From Eledone cirrhosa (Eukaryota): a stretch of 64,000 nt of DNA. Within the stretch, counting starts at the first letter, position 1, and the number at the start of each line of letters is the position of its first letter. The DNA lies in assembly GCA_964016885.1 (NCBI GenBank), contig CAXHJY010001764.1, forward strand, positions 14,900-78,899, written 5' to 3'. The position numbers were made by a program, and so were the translations under genes. This document shows positions 12,768 to 27,245 of this stretch, piece after piece. Under the pieces are notes generated by a model that had not been told where the DNA came from, did not search any database, and saw only the letters and a program-made list of their open reading frames with translations.

Positions 12768-13232
12768 TATAGTAATAATAATAAATTTGAAGACTAAAAT
12801 CCAAAGAGGGCTCGATAAGGATATATATCAAATATATAAGAACCGTAGAGCAAATATTTATTAAAATAACAGATTAAAGTTTAAGCAAAGAATCGCTGCT
12901 TTCACCCTTAACGGGATCTTCTGAAACTAACAAAGTCAATCTGTGAATGCAGAAGTGAATATTTCAAAAAACGTTGCAACCGGAGGAAGACAGGAAGACG
13001 ATACTTTGGTTCGTGGAAACGTTCCCTCGCAAAGAACGGAAAAAAACCGAATATAATACGTCATCTGTTTTCTGTATCAGGAGTTTTAGGTATGTTTTCC
13101 TGCTTGGTACGGGTATGTTCTTTGTAGAAATATTCAGATGTTGTTTCTGCATGATGAATATGTCAATAGAGTGCTCAAGGGTGAAAGCAGCGATTCTTGG
13201 CTTAAACTTTAATCTGTTATTTTAATAAATAT
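12768..13232 (-). mobile_element. Internally deleted Naiad-type PLE with 5' inverted terminal segment
   Basis: 12770-13060 matches 357-650; 13066-13152 encodes MQKQHLNISTKNIPVPSRKTYLKLLIQKT (Naiad-like N-terminus); 13178-13232 is an inverted copy of 12855-12909. Confidence 0.8.
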
Positions 13233-13254
13233 ATATATACATATATATATATTT

Positions 13255-13868
13255 GCGTAGAATAAAAAGAAATGAAGCTTGCGTGCTCCGATGGATGTGT
13301 AATAGTAATATATGCGAATGGCAAAGCATAAACGAATTTTGAGAGAGAGTGACTAAGCATAAAAGGAACCAAATGCTGTGTGCAGGAGAGGAGATTACAT
13401 TGGTATGGACATGCGATGCATGTGAAGGATGACAACTGCATAAAAAGGTGCAGAGCACTAAAAGTCAATGGAAGCCTTGGAGTGGGGAGACCCAAGAAGA
13501 CCTGGTGAAAGCTGGTCTTGCCCAATTGCACCTCTGAAAGGCGATGACACAGGACTGATAACTCTGGCATTAAGCAGTAATACAGAAGACCCAACCCCCA
13601 CGGATACAAGCCGAAGCTGAAACATATAGACAGTATGCCCCCACACCCCCTCACTGTAAAGTGGTTGTGTAGGTGTCACAGTAAAAAGCACCCAGTACTC
13701 ACTGTAAATGAGGTCGGTGTTAGGAAGGGCATCCAGCTGTAGAAACCAGGCCCAAATCAGTTCTGTATGAGCAAGACATGGACACCTGACTTGGCATTGC
13801 CCACAACAGGACAACCTGTCTAACCCATGCTAGTGTGGAAGAATGGACGTAAAACGGTGATGATGATG
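13255..13868 (+). mobile_element. RTE LINE 3' fragment (family C-like, decayed)
   Basis: Homology to the ORF end and 3' UTR of the other RTE copies; (GAT)n tail. Confidence 0.85.
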
Positions 13869-13988
13869 AAAAACCCATTAAGGGTGAAAGCAGCGACCCT
13901 TTGCTTAAACTTTAATCTGTTCTTATAATAAATGAATATATATTATTGTTATGTAATATATATATATATGTGTGTGTGTGTGTATATG

Positions 13989-14031
<43 letters not shown>

Positions 14032-14709
14032 TTCCCAGTCATTCAAAGGTAACAATCCCTTTTCTATATATAATCATCACAACCAAACGAACATTACTGT
14101 TGCCATCACCACCACCGCCATCACTAACACAGTATACACGTGTTTATATATCTGGAAGAAGAAAACGGAGAGGAGCAACAGAATTACAAGATCATCAAAG
14201 GAGGAATGGTTGTGGCCCAAAGATAAAGCACCACTGTCATGTTTCACTGGTGATAAACGCAAGGAATTAGCCAGGATCAATTGTACCACACATATACATA
14301 TTGATATATACTTATACCTGTTCATAATTACATTCATATTACACACACACTATGTAAATGTGCTTACTTGAAAACATACAAAAGTATGCATTGTACATGT
14401 GTCTACAAAAGATAATCTATATTATTATACGTGAATTTGTATATCTGGCAATATATGGTATGTTTATAAATAAACATTTTGAAAGCCTTCAGCTATGAAT
14501 TTGGAAACCGATGGCATAGCGCCATCTACTGTTTTCCAACAGAAGCTAAGGACAGGTAACTAGCGATAATGACGTCATCATTTCTGACTCCGGTCGTTAT
14601 CAAGCCAGTGCTCCTTATCCCTCTTGCTGCTGGAACTTAACATAGATGAAAACATTTACTTGTTTGGAAATATGTGCAAAATATACAAAAACTTTTTGTG
14701 ATTCGCTAT

Positions 14710-15165
14710 CTTACACTTTACATAGTAGCACACATACATCTTACACTGTACTACCACACATACATCTTACACTGTACATAGTCACACACATACATCTTAC
14801 ACTGTACATAGTCACACACATACATCTTACACTGTACTACCACACATACATCTTACACTGTACATAGTAGCACACATACATCTTACACTGTACTACCACA
14901 CATACATCTTACACTGTACATAGTAGCACACATACATCTTATACTGTACTACCACACATACATCTTACCCTGTACCTACTGGCACACATACATCTTACTC
15001 TGGACATACTGGCCCACATACATCTTTCACTGTACTAGCACACATACAGCTTACACTGTACATACTACCACACATACATCTTACACTGTACATACTACCA
15101 CGCATACATTTTACACTGTACTACCACACATACATCTTGCACTGTACATACTGGCACACATATAT
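14710..15165. repeat. ~27-31 bp minisatellite CACACATACATCTTACACTGTA(CATA)(G/C)TA
   Basis: About 15 tandem units visible. Confidence 0.9.
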
Positions 15166-15389
15166 CCATGTTTGCACACACATTAAATCTGCCTAAATAA
15201 TACACTTGCAATAATGTTTTTTTTTTTCTCTTTCCTGAATTATATATACACATGGCCATGAGAATGTCCACATACAAGCATATATATACAACATATACTC
15301 TGGTGTCAGCCAAAACTTGGGAGTGTGTGTGTGTGTGTATATATACATATATACATAGATTTCTAAGATTTTCCATTTGAACACCTCCT

Positions 15390-16130
15390 CTAATTGAGCC
15401 AGTGACTGGGAGCACCTCTTCTATTCTTACCCACATGCCCTCGGCTTCCCCAACTCTGGCGCTGACCAAAGGCCTGTTGATAGCAGCTTTCGTCAAGGCC
15501 AACATTTCGTCATTTGAGGAAGCGCCCAGCCCAAATGTGCCCAAGGATGCCACGCCCGCTGCTTTCAGGTGCCCTCAATCCTCTACCCCTGGGGCCAGCA
15601 CAAAGCATTTATGCGACCACGTAAATGCCAAACTAATCAAGGGTGATGTCTTGGCCATGGTCAGAGTGCTCACCCACCGACCTCAGACCCATAACCCCAC
15701 CTGGTCCACACCTGCTAAATGTGGCATCAGATGCAGATATCATGTCTGCCATTAAGTCCTTCCCTACCACCAGAGTGTGAGTGTGTGGGAGGAGGGGAGG
15801 CACATGCAGCTAGGCAGTTCTTAAACAGCAGCCCACCAGAACTGGCGTCGAGGGACGCCAGGCACCTCATTGTCAAGCTTGACAGGAGTCTTTAACTGCC
15901 TACACCATGACCATCTGCTCGAAGCCTGCCTCAGTCGGGCCCCCTCTGCTTACCCACTGGCCTACCTATCATATGGAGCCCCGAGCATGATCCTTGCTGC
16001 TGACATGGTCATACCTTCATCCACTGGGGTTCAACAGTGTGATCCATTGGGCCTCTCCTTTTTGCTCTTGGGATAGACCACATTGCTTGGAGCATTGCAA
16101 CCCCATTCAACGTTTGGTACCAGGCTGATG
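15390..16130 (+). pseudogene. Decayed CRE/SLACS-like non-LTR retrotransposon RT fragment
   Basis: VFNCLHHD..LEAC...P.AYPLAYLSYGAPS and GVQQCDPLG (cf. GVQQGDPLGP) across broken frames. Confidence 0.6.
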
Positions 16131-16459
16131 TTCTGCAATAAGAGAGAGAGAGAGTGAGATTGTCTTAATCTGTGACTAATTCTCTCTCTCATTGTTGACA
16201 TGTAAACAATTTTCGCCTGGTCCCTCCCTCTGCTTGTTTGATACACACTCATATATATCTATTGTGTGGTTGTTCACTCTTTGTTTTTGTTTTTTTGTTG
16301 CTGCCAGTTAAGACTGGAAAACATTAAACATTGCTGAATTTACCTAATATACACCAACAGAGATAAGAAGTGTGACATTCATTATAAGCATTTTATTTTA
16401 AAATTTGCTATGCTCAAGTACATACATACACACACTCACACACACACGAATATATATAT

Positions 16460-17365
16460 ATCATCATCATCACCGTTTTACGTCGATGACTCCATGCTAT
16501 CATGAGTTAGACGGGTTGTCCTGTTGTAGGCAATGCCAGGTCAGGTGACCGTGTCTTGCTCATACAGGTCTGATTTGGGCTTGGTTTCTACAGCTGGATG
16601 CCCTTCCTAACATCAATCTCATTTACAGAGTACTAGGTGCTTTTTTTACCATGGCGCCTAGATGACCAATTTACAGTGTGGACTGGGTGCTTTTTGTCGT
16701 GACATTTACATGACCATTTTACAGTGGGAGGGTGTGGGGGCATATTGTCTATATGCTTCAGCTTGTACCTGTGGGAACTTGGGTCTTCTGTATTACTGCA
16801 TAACACCAGTGATCTCAGTCCTGTTTCGTCGCCTTTGGGCAAGGTCAGTTTTTATCACCTCATTCCAGGTCTTCTTGGGTCTTCCCACTCCAAAGCTTCC
16901 ATTGACTTTTAGTGCTCTGCATCTTTTTATACAACTGTCATCCTTCATACGCATCACATGTCCATACCAACATAATCTCCTCTCCTGCACACAACATTTG
17001 ATTCCTCTTATGCTTAGTCTCTCTCTTAATTCATTTATGCTTTGCCATTTGCTTCGTTTCTTTCTAACCTACGTAAGTCTTCTGCACACAGTGCCAGATC
17101 TCACTACCATACAAGATTGCTGTTCGTATGACTGCATCATACAGTCTGCCTTTCATTTTGAGGGAAAAGCCTTTTGTAGCTAGCAGTGGTAGTAGCTCCC
17201 TGAACTTCTACCATCCGTTCTTTCCTTGGTTAATGTACTTTCAGAACACCCCCTTTCTGCTGCTAATTCGGTCTCCTAGACAGCAGAAGCTGTCTACTGT
17301 TTCTACAGAGCCCTCCCAGAATTTGATAGTTTTTGTTTCCTGTGGCTGTTTGCTGCTTACTGTCC
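16460..17365 (-). mobile_element. RTE LINE 3' fragment (decayed)
   Basis: QERRLCWYGHVMRMKDDSCIKRC..., 3' UTR and (GAT)n tail. Confidence 0.9.
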
Positions 17366-17946
17366 CGGTATATGTATATATATACACACACACACATATA
17401 TATAAACATTATATTTTAATCTTGGCCACTAGCCTGTAAATATACATAAATAATTATACATATTAAAAAATCAACCTTAATGATAAAGCGGATTTATTTT
17501 GTGGTTATGATCATCATTGTCACCTACCTCTATCTGTTTGTTGCCAAATATAGTAGTAGGCTGTCTTTATTTTGTCTCCACACATCAATATACCGAGAGA
17601 GAGATGGAAGGGCATGAACATCATTCATTCTCACCCTCTCTTACGTCTCGCCCATTGCGTTGTATATTACAACCTTATTTCCTGCTAACTGACGAGCTGT
17701 CATCTCATTTGCATTTGGTATGTCCATCACAAACTATATGAATAAATGAACCTCCATCGGTTTCCGCGAAGAGTGGATGAGTTGTTTCATCACAGCCTGC
17801 TCATGAAATTAAAGCACAAGTGGGTGAGCATTCCATATGTGTATCAGTAAGGCTGATACCAACTTTAAAGGTGACCGTTATTTTTGGAGGCCATCCGGAT
17901 GGCCTCCAAAAACAACTGTCACCTTTTTGAAAGGGTACATCAATAT

Positions 17947-18057
17947 CTATTTGTAAAACTGTTATATATTGTATTTTGTCTGATGAAGGCATACCATGAT
18001 TTAACTTGGTATCCTTGAAATATATATAATGAAATAAATATGGTTTTATAAATATAG
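17947..18057 (+). ncRNA. Type I hammerhead ribozyme (family H1, copy 2)
   Basis: TATTTTGT-CTGATGA(17980-86)-AGGCATACCA/TGGTATCCTT-GAAA(18017-20)-TATATA-TA^ATGAAATA; same downstream sequence as the 7566 copy. Confidence 0.85.
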
Positions 18058-18166
18058 TTTCCATTTATTAATATTGTATATCTACTCCAAATATTTGTCG
18101 AGTGCTTTATATCAGTTATAATAATAACATTTGATTGTTGTATCCCAACAATTTAAATCAAACTTT

Positions 18167-18201
<35 letters not shown>

Positions 18202-18260
18202 CTGTTGTGTTACTACTTATATATATATATATATATAAGTGGTAACACAACAGTTAGTTC

Positions 18261-18318
18261 ACCATACCGAGAACAATTGTTTCACCTTAGCGGATCCTCA
18301 GCTCAGACTGGTCATGGT
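18261..18318 (-). ncRNA. Type I hammerhead ribozyme (family H3)
   Basis: Minus strand: ACCATG(accagt)CTGAG-CTGAGGA-T CC GCTAA GG T-GAAA-CAATTG-TT^CTCGG TATGGT; palindromic stem III AACAATTGTT; short stem II with a U-U first pair. Confidence 0.7.
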
Positions 18319-18416
18319 TATACGGAATAACGAGAATAATTGTGAGTGTGTGTATATATATATATGTGTGTGTGTGTGATATATATATATATATATCACA
18401 CACACATATATATATA

Positions 18417-18474
<58 letters not shown>

Positions 18475-18609
18475 CACAATTATTCTCGCTCTTTGAACAT
18501 GGTGAGTGGGAAAAAGAGGTTCAATCAACTGACACTATCCTTGCAATTTCAACTCCAAAACTCCTTTTATACGTGATCAAGTCATAAGGAGCAAACAAGG
18601 GAGAGAATT

Positions 18610-19560
18610 CTTATAAAGTGAGCTGATCCGAAAATAATAATATTAGCTGAGGAGGATTGACCTTTGCTGCCTTCAAGAGCACAGATGGAACGAAGGTTTT
18701 GTGTCCAACCAGAGTAGATTGATCACTGGAAAAATTTGCGATACAAGTTCTATAGGGCTGCGTATTCCAAAGGAACCTGTGGTGCAGGCATCCTCTTGGC
18801 AGAAAGATGGATAGAGGTGTTCTCGGACAGAATCATCATTTTTAGGATGGTCATTGGCAGACATGTGTATGCCTTCAACTGTCTCAGTGTTGCTGACAAG
18901 GACCGTTTCTATGACCAACTCCATGGGCAGTCGCCAAAATTCCTGCTTGGAGATACTGATCCCTCTGGGAGATTGGAATGGCCAAGTCGGCCAAGCTGCT
19001 GCTGGCTTTGGGGCTGTGCATGGTGTGGACATGGATGGGGTACGCGCAACCTAGAAGGCTGGAATTCGCAGTGTCAAATGACCTTGTCATTGGCAACACA
19101 TGCTTCAGAAAAAGAGACAACCATCTAATAACTTATCAGTTTGGTGGTGCCTCAACTTAAGTCAACTACATCCTTGTGTGCAAGAGTCCGAAACCAGGTG
19201 GTTGACATGAAAGTTATTCCAGGGGAAGAAGTTGCTAGCCAGCACTGGCTTCTTGTTTGTGAGATAGATATCAACCAAAGCGGAAATTCATGCTGCACCT
19301 CAAGACATGGAAATTCAAGTGCTCTGTCGCAAGGCTGCAGCACCAAGAGGCTTTTGTGGCTAGAGCAGAATTTCACTCAAGTTCTGAGGTTGAGCAGGGG
19401 GAGGAGACTTGGGCCAAGATTAAGACAAACCTGATGGGTGCAGCAGAGCAGGTGTGTGTCTGCTCCAAGCCCCATCAATGGTGGCCAGCGCCCTGGTGGT
19501 GGAACAACATAGTTGAGAAGGCTGTGGCTGTGGCACGCAGATGCTACCACGGCTAGAAGA
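18610..19560 (+). pseudogene. Old RTE-like AP endonuclease fragment
   Basis: GAGILLAERW, LGDWNGQVG, LEFAVSNDLVIGNTCFRKRDNHLITY, WWWNNIVEKAV in multiple frames. Confidence 0.8.
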
Positions 19561-19736
19561 ACGGTGAAGGCATAGACCCTAACAGCTCTGATATCTTTAA
19601 ATTCACCAATGATACAGCAGAGATGTATATATATATATAATATAGTATATATATATATATATGTATATAATATATATATATGTATATAATATATATATGT
19701 ATATAGTATATATATATATATATATATATATATAAT

Positions 19737-19940
19737 CATCATCATCATCGTTTAACGTCCATCTTCCATGCTAGCATGAGTTAGACGGGAGTTGTCCCAC
19801 TTGAGGCAAGATTGGTCGAGTGACCGTGTCTCGCTCGTATAGGACTATCTGGCAGGTTTTCTATGGCTGGATGCCCTTCCTAACACCAACTACATTTACA
19901 TTGTGAACTTGGAACTTTTTACCGTGTTACCTACACGATC
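19737..19940 (-). mobile_element. RTE tail fragment (family A-like)
   Basis: (CAT)n CGTTTAACGTCC... GGATGCCCTTCCTAACACC on the plus strand. Confidence 0.8.
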
Positions 19941-20109
19941 TCGATCTCATTATCTCATTAGTTTGGACTGGATGTTGTGGTACCAACTTTAGAGAGAAAG
20001 GGTGGTGTTAGTAGGAGTAGTAGATTGGGGGTATATTTGGTTAAAACCCACATAAGGTGAAACTATTGTTCTCGGTAAGGTGAACTCTATATAATATGTA
20101 TTGAGGCAC

Positions 20110-20322
20110 ATGTGCTTTTTTGCCATGTCACCTCCACAACCACTTTGCAGTGGAATGATAGGGACCCCAGTCCCTATCATATCCTTTCTACAGCTGAGTA
20201 AACTGGAACAATATGAAATAAAGTGTCTTACTCAAGGAAACAACACATCACCCGGTCTGAAAATTGAACTCATAACCTTTCGATTGCAAGGCCAATGCTC
20301 TAACCACTAGGCCATGTGCCTC
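20110..20322 (-). mobile_element. tRNA-derived SINE (tail truncated)
   Basis: Minus strand A box TGGCCTAGTGG and B box GAGTTCAATT; same body as 37183 and 49267. Confidence 0.85.
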
Positions 20323-20324
20323 CA

Positions 20325-21808
20325 TATATATATATAAAAGTGAAATTGTCTGTGTGTATGTGTGTGTCCCCTCGTTTTTGCAACGTCTATACAAATTCAT
20401 ATTTCTACTCCGATTGACTTCAAACTTGCATTTATATATTCCTTGCGGTCTAAAGATATTAACTGCAGCTTTTATTTTTCAATTTTCTTGTTAAAGGGCA
20501 CCGGTTATCGATCTCCGCCGCGCCCTTAAAATATTTCTCTGTATATCTGGCTGTCTGCATTACGACATTATGACAAACACTGATGACTTATTATCTTCGC
20601 TATTCTCCGTTCATTACCAGGGAACGTCTTCACGAACCAAAGTATCATCTTCCTGTTTTCCTTCGCTTGCAACGTTTTTCGAAATATTTACTTCTGCATT
20701 CACAGATTGATTTTTTTAGTTTCAGAAGATCCTGTTAAGGGTGAAAGCAGCGTTTCTTCGCTTAAACTTTAATCTGTTATTTAAATATATAATATAAGCG
20801 AGGCAAGCTAGCCCAGGTTAACAATTACACTTGAGAATACCTTTCCAACGGTCGGCTTATTTTTGAATCAGTAAATGTCATTTACTAATCTTTTGGCTAA
20901 CAATCCTGAGATATTCCCACTTACCCCAGTTGCTTTAACATTTTTTTGCAATACTTCCTGAGACATAATCACTTACCCCCGTTGCACACATTATTATTGG
21001 TGTTAGTACCAAGCCATATGCCCCATTATGTACATAGATAGAAATAGTGGATATTTTTAGAAAGCCCCCGCCAAAAAATATCCACACACCTATGTTAAAA
21101 ATCACATACGCTGGCGTTAAGCGGTAATTTCTATCTATCTTAGTACATAAGCGAGGAAAGCCAGCCCAGGTTACCAATTACAGTTGAGATTACCATTCCA
21201 ACGATCGGCTTATTTTTCAATCGTTAAGTGTCAGTTACTAATTTTTTCATAACATATCCTGAGATATAACCCCAGTAGACAGAAATAGTGGATCTTTTTA
21301 GAAAACCCCTGCCAAAATATCCCCACACCTATGATAAAATCACGTACGCTGACGTTAAGCGGAAATTTTTTTATTTTCTTTACCTGTTACCAACTAGGAA
21401 TAAATGCACCCGAGAGGGATAGAGAGAAAGAGTAACTTAGTGGAAAGAATGCGAATGAACTTTTGAGGTAAGTAGCTACGCCTTACTGCTATGACACTGG
21501 AACATTCTGCCAACTTAACCTGTGACTTTCTCTTTCACATTTACTCCAATAGGCCAAAACAGAGTGGAAACGCCTGGGGACAACTGTCACAGAAGCAGTA
21601 TGAAAAGAAGGGGCTCAACAATATTTCTATGAACAATGCATGTAGACAGCTAAACTGTACTATCAACTTCTTATTTTTTTCCAAATAAAACAAGTTTCCT
21701 GTCGGTATATTTTCGTGAGTTTTTAACAAGCACTCACAAATAAACGTTGCTCATTGGAGGTGCTATTGCCAATGTTCTTAGCTGTGCAACGCCGGGATAC
21801 ACTGCTAG
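20325..21808 (+). mobile_element. Non-autonomous Helitron
   Basis: 5' part is homologous to the reverse complement of 42725-43226; 3' end GTGCAACGCCGGG...CTAG followed by T(AT)n; internal ~353 bp tandem duplication (20795/21148) and PLE fragment. Confidence 0.7.
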
Positions 21809-21969
21809 TATATATATATATTATTAGAAATGTAAGTTATCGCCGTATTTTGACTAAAGAAATTAAAGAAATTATTTAGCCTGATGGTGGGGTTAAGAAC
21901 CCTCGGAGAAATGGAAAAAGATGAGTATTGACGTACATGGGACGTCCCATGTACGTCAATACTCATCTT

Positions 21970-23242
<1,273 letters not shown>

Positions 23243-26200
23243 TCATCATCATCATCATCATCATCATCAACGTTTAACGTCCGTGTTCCACGCTTGCATG
23301 GGTTTGGACGGGGGTTTTCCCACTTGAGGCAAGAGTGATTGTCTTGCTCGCATAGGACTGTCTGGCAGGTTTTCTACAGTTGGATGCCCTTCCTAACACC
23401 AACCACATTTACAGTGTGGGTCTGGGAGGTTTTTACCGTGTTGCCTACACGGCCACATTACAGCGTGGACTGTGTGTTTTTTTGTCGTGACACCTACACA
23501 ATCTCATTTGTTTCGGCCTGGATATTGTGGCACCAACATAACTTTACATTGAAAGGGGCGGTGTGGATGGGGTGGACGTGGTGGGACGTGGGGGTGTTTT
23601 GATAGAGATGCCTACTGACTGTAGTAGGTTTTTACTTTGTATTTAGGTAAGGTGGGTCTTCTCTATTACTGAGTACCGCCAAAGGTCTCGGTCCAGTGAC
23701 ATTGTCTTGGAGAGGTGTAAGCGTGTGAGGTCGGAATTTATCAGCTCGTCCCATGTTTTTCTGGGTCTGCCTACTCCGTGGCTACCGTCTATCTTTATTG
23801 CCCTGCACTTTGTTATACAGCTGTCATCTTTCATGCGCATCACGTGACCGTACCAACGTAGCCTTCTCTCGAGTAAACAACATCTGATCCCTCTTATTTC
23901 TAATTTTTTCCTTAGTTCGTTTATGCTTTGCCGTTCACGTATATTACTATTGCACATCCAGCGGAGCATGCAAGCTTCGTTTCTCTCTAGTCTGCGTATA
24001 TCCTCTGCACACAATGCCCAGGTCTCACTGCCATGCAGCATTGCTGTTCGTATGCAGGCATCGTATAACCTGCCTTTCATTTTTAGGGAGAACCCTCTAG
24101 CGGCTAATAGTGGTATAAGCTCTCTGAACTTTTTCCATCCAGTTCTGACTCTAGCTACTGTACTTTCAGAGCACCCTCCCCCACTGCTGATTTTGTCACC
24201 CAGGTAACGGAAGCTGTCCACTATTTCTATAGAACCCTCTGCGCAGTTGAAGGAGCTAGTATTTTGTGGGCACTTGCTGCTACTTATTGCACCAGAGCAC
24301 CGGCCACATGTAAAATCTATGTTCTTAGTTAGCTTACCTGTGATCCCACTACATCTTTTATGCACCCATACTTTGCATTTGGGACATAAAATGGAGTTTC
24401 TACCTACGCCTTTCCTACACACTGAGCATGGCCATTTCCCAGATGGGACTGCCGCCTTATTTTCTTTCCTACAAACTAGAACTTTAGTCTTAGCCAGGTT
24501 AATTTTAAGGCCTTTTGAATTTCTTCTCTAGTTCGGTCATTGATTCAGCTATGAGCGTTAGATCTGCGTATAGGAGTTCCCATGGGCAGCCGGTCTTGAA
24601 CTCCTCTGTTATAGCCTGAAGGGCAATAATAAATAGTAGGGGGCTAAGAACAGAGCCCTGATGGACACCAACTTTTACGCTAAACTCTTCACTATATTCG
24701 TTGTTAATTCTAACCTTACTGACTGTTTCTTTATACATGGCTTGTATAGCTCTCACAAGCCATTCGTCAACACCTAGTTTTCTAAGAGACCACCAGATAA
24801 TGGAACGGGGGACTCTGTCGAAGGCTTTCTCCAAGTCGACGAAAGCTAAGTATAGGGGTTTACTTTTAGCTAGGTACTTCTCCTGTAGTTGTCGTACAAT
24901 GAAAAGAGCGTCTGTGGTACTTTTGCCTGACACAAACCCGAACTGCATTTCACCTAGATCAATTCTCTCTCTGATTAGTTGCGCTATTACTTTTTCCGTG
25001 ACCTTCATGACCTGGTCGATTAATTTAATGCCTCTATAGTTACTCCTATCTAGGGCATCTCCTTTTCCCTTATAGCAGTTAACGATGATGCTGCTACGCC
25101 AGTCCTTCGGAACAACCCCATTCTGTACGACTTGGTTAACTATCCGGGTGACCATGGTGTGTCCCACCGAACCAGATGCCTTCAGCATCTCAGCAACTAT
25201 TTCCGAAGGACCAGCCGCCTTACCCGTCTTCATATCTTTGATTGCCTTGCTTATTGTACTACCCTGGACTAACACTGCTGGTCCCTCTATTGGGTCGATG
25301 TGGGGGAGACTGTCTTTCTCCCATTTGTTCTCCTCATTTAGAAGCCTTTCGTAGTGACACTTCCAAGCTACCTTCTTATCAGCGTCGGTGATGGCAAGTA
25401 TGCCATCATCGTTAAGTACACACTTCTCCCCGACAATATCACGGTTTTCCTTGACACATTGCCTGGCAATCCTGAACACCTCACGTTTTTGGTCCTCACG
25501 TTGTAGAACATGCTTGAACTTTCTTTCCTCTGCTTCCCTTCTTGCGAAGTACACTTGTCTCCTAGCTTCCCTCCTGGCCACTTGATAGTCTTCTCTACTT
25601 CCCCCATCCCGCCATGCTTTCCAAGCCTGCTTTTTGGCCTTAATTGACTCCTCCACCTTACTGTTCCACCACCATGTTACTCTCCTCCTACCTACAGGCC
25701 TGCTCCAGCCACAGACTTCGTCTGCCGCCGTCAGCAGGTTTGCTCTCAGGAATTCCCACTGTTCCTCTATATTATACGACTCTAATTGCTCTTCCTTACT
25801 GTCGAAAGCGTCAAGTAATATGCTTTGAAATTTATTTCTGGCTATGGGGTCCTTTAGCTTCCATATTTTTCTCCTGAGGATAGTCCTCTTCCGCTGTCTA
25901 GTACGTCTCGTCCTGACTATGAGGTCGCTAATTATCAGTCTATGTTGGGAGGTGAATTCTTCATGGGGGAGGCATTTAGTGTTAACAACAGACACTCTGT
26001 CACGTCTTCTGGTAAGGATATAATCTACCTGGCTTGTGTGTTCCCCCAATCTATAGGTGATCAAGTGATTGTCACGTTTTTTGAAGTTAGTGTTACAGAT
26101 AGTTAGGTTATTTGCGTCGCAGAATTCCAGGATTCTGGAGCCTTCCTCATTTCTAGTACCGAACCCATAGCCTCCATGGATTCCGTCATAGCCGTCACAA

Positions 26201-26990
26201 TGTTGTCCAACGTGACCATTTAGGTCGCCTGCAATAACTATATAGTCACTGTCGGTTATTTGGGAGGTAGCGAGCATCAGTGTCTCCTAGAATCTGTCTT
26301 TTATAGCACAGGGCAGTCCAGATTGTGGTGCGTACGCAGATATTACTGTCACCGTAGTTTTATTGAGGACAAGTCTTATTTTAATTATTCTGTCGTTCAC
26401 TCTATTTACGTCTATTATCTTATCTGCCCACTTTTCTGCTACCATGATTCCTACCCCACCCAACCCATTGTCATTTCTCACCCAGAAAAGCTTATAGCAT
26501 CGTTCTTTACCCACAATGAATCTAGCAGACCCACCCCTCCACCTGGTCTCTTGAATACAACAAACATCGACCTCCTTACGTTCAAGCATTTCTACAACCT
26601 CGTTAGAGCGACCCTTTAAGGTGCCTACATTCATGGTACCAACTCTGAAGTTTTGGATTGCGTTTGGAGGGTGGGAGCGGTGGGGCGTGGAGGGGGATGG
26701 GGTTATGTTAGCCATCCTGGGCCGAAACAAGGCGGAGTGCTTGCATTCTCGTCCACGAGGTGAATTTGTCTTTATCTTTGGCATTGTCGCTGAGCGTCTA
26801 CATTTTTCTCTCTTCAACTCTCCAGAATTCCGTAGTCCATCCATCATATCGAAAAGCAACCAGTTAAGCGATAGTATGGGCCTCTGACTTATGATTGGTC
26901 CACGTAATAATGGTGGTGCGTGGGGGTAGGTGGGAGGGATGATGGGTTGTTAGCGAGAATGTAAGGTTTAAGATAAGATCGCCGTATTTA
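23243..26990 (-). mobile_element. Near full-length RTE-clade LINE (family A), APE+RT, disrupted
   Basis: APE motifs (GTMNVGTL, CCIQETRW, SAYAPQ, AGDLNGHVG, QVDYIL) and RT motifs in ORFs 26287-26859, 24505-26277 and 23643-24422; in-frame stop at 26287, YADD reduced to YAD, deletion near 24510. Confidence 0.96.
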
Positions 26991-27245
26991 TATATATATA
27001 TACATATATATACATATATATATATATGATTAAGTTAAAAATGTACATCCACATATGTATACTGAAATACTAGTATGCATATGAATACACACACGTATAC
27101 ATATGTAGATGTACCGAGTTTTTCACTGGTCACTTTACTGTGAGTGTCCAGCTATTCTGTATGTAAACACACAGACAAACCGGTTTTTAGAGTCATACTG
27201 GTTTTTGAGGAAACACCTTTCCTCTATTCTCCAGAAAGCCAGACA

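Noticed and set aside
14710-15165. CRISPR-like periodicity
   Set aside because: Tandem units with no unique spacers; eukaryotic minisatellite.
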